Source of the DNA: Octopus vulgaris
Taxonomy: Eukaryota
Direction of reading: 5' to 3'
Assembly (NCBI GenBank): GCA_951406725.2
Contig: OX597817.1
Coordinates: 107,074,001 to 107,138,000, forward strand
Length of the DNA: 64,000 nt
Positions within the stretch are counted from its first letter, which is position 1. Every line of letters starts with the position of its first letter. The notes under the pieces were generated by a model that worked only from the letters and a program-made list of their open reading frames with translations, searched no databases and was not told where the DNA came from. A program made the translations under genes and the position numbers. Below, one piece after another: positions 62,536-64,000 of the stretch.

Positions 62536-63422
62536 TTGGTTTCAGAGTTTGGCCAAGGCCAGAAGTTCAGGGGAGTGGGTAAGTCAATTAAATCGAACCT
62601 GAAAGGATGAAAGGCAAAGTCGACATTAGCAGAATTTGAACTCAGAGCATAAAGCCAGATGAAATGCTAAGCATTTTGCCTGGCATGCTAACACTTCTGT
62701 CAGCTCACTGTTTTACTGATGGTAATCATACTGATTGCCAATATTTCAAGGTTGACATGGCAACAAGCTGGCAGGATTGTTAGCATGCTGGACAAAATGC
62801 TTAGTGGCATTTCATCCATTTTCACACTTTGAGTTCAAATTCTGCTGTGGTCGACTTTGCCTTTCATCCTTTTAGGGTTGGTAAAATAAGTACCAGTTGA
62901 ATACTAGGGTTAATGTAATTGATTTACCCATCACCCAAAATTCCTGGCCTTGTGCCAAAATTTAAAATCAGTTTACCTTAAGGTATTCAATTGCATACCT
63001 TTATGTTCTGAGTTCAAATTAAACCAAGTAGAACTTTACCTTTCATTTCTCTGGGGAGTCAATAAATTAGAGGACCAGTCATACACTGGAGTTGATGTAA
63101 TTAACATTAGCTGATGGGTCCACAAACTCATTAGTGCATTGGACAAAATGCTTGTGGTATTCAGTAACAGTGGTTTACATTCTGAGTTCAAATCCTGATG
63201 TGCTCAATCTTGCCTTTCATCTTTCTGGGGTCAATAAAATATAGTAGGGACACGGCCCGAAATTTTGGAGGAGTGAGCTAGTCAATTACATTGACCCTCA
63301 ATGTTTGAGTGGTACTTATTTTATCAATTCCAAAAGGATGAAAGGCAAAGTTGTCTTGAAAAAATCTGAACTCAATGTAAAGCTAGAAGAAATACTGCTA
63401 AGCATTTTGTCTGGCATGCTAA
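62536..63422. mobile_element. Cluster of about five family B SINE copies in alternating orientations
   Basis: - copy at 62536-62712, + copies at ~62758-63250, - copy at ~63245-63422. Confidence 0.75.
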
Positions 63423-64000
63423 AGATTGGAGCGGGTGCTTGAGAAGACATGTCAAGTTAAGTGAAATCATAATCACAGTCAGTGTTGGTGACATATGAAA
63501 GGCACCTGTGCCGGTGACACATAAAAGGAATCCATGGTGGTGACATGTAAAAGGTACCCAGTACTGTCTGTGGAGGAGTGGTTGGTATTAGGATGGGCAT
63601 CCAGCTGTAGAAACCAAGCTAAAATAAACTGGAGCTTGGTGCAGCTCTCTAGTTTACCAACTCCAATCAAATTGTCTTACTCTTGCTAGCATGAAAAACG
63701 GATACTAAATGATGATGATGATGATGTCAAAGAACGTAACAGGAATAGTAGAGTACTGAGCTTGTAGTATTTAAATTTTGATTTCAAATCCAACTAGGGA
63801 TGAAGTTGCAGTTTAAAGATCCAGAAGCAATAATTACTACTGAGGTAAATACTATACATATTGGGGTTAATTCCAAGCCCATTCTTCACAAATTTTTGTA
63901 TCTCTTTGTCAAAATTACAAATCATCTCATGCGAGCGAAGGGCAAATCTATCTTGAATGCAAAATTTTGTACCTGCTTGGAACTTACCTTTAAATTTTAT

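Overview
This is eukaryotic, AT-rich, repeat-dense metazoan DNA. The SINE families, mariner/piggyBac/LINE relics and microsatellite load suggest an octopod cephalopod; that is an inference from repeat families, not proven. I can support only one host gene, COX17 (mitochondrial copper chaperone, + strand). Coding exon 1 (24731-24825) and coding exon 2 (35704-35788) splice across a ~10.9 kb phase-2 intron to give a complete 59-aa twin-CX9C protein. A probable second intron lies in the 3' UTR, with a terminal exon near 39285-39415. Nearly everything else is transposon debris: two full-length dead mariners, a DD41D-like Tc1/mariner fragment, a piggyBac deletion series, Helentron-type HINEs, LINE relics (L1/Tx1, RTE, CR1, CRE-like), a Penelope-like mini-insert and at least three SINE families. 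The most interesting observation is a possible retro-parasite network. A 1.2 kb element encoding only a gag-like ORF1 (no RT) sits in the tRNA-derived head of a SINE with a 15-bp TSD, and its 3' tail is shared with one subfamily of a different SINE. There is no CRISPR, rRNA or intact tRNA gene. Most ORFs in the supplied track are microsatellite or antisense artefacts.
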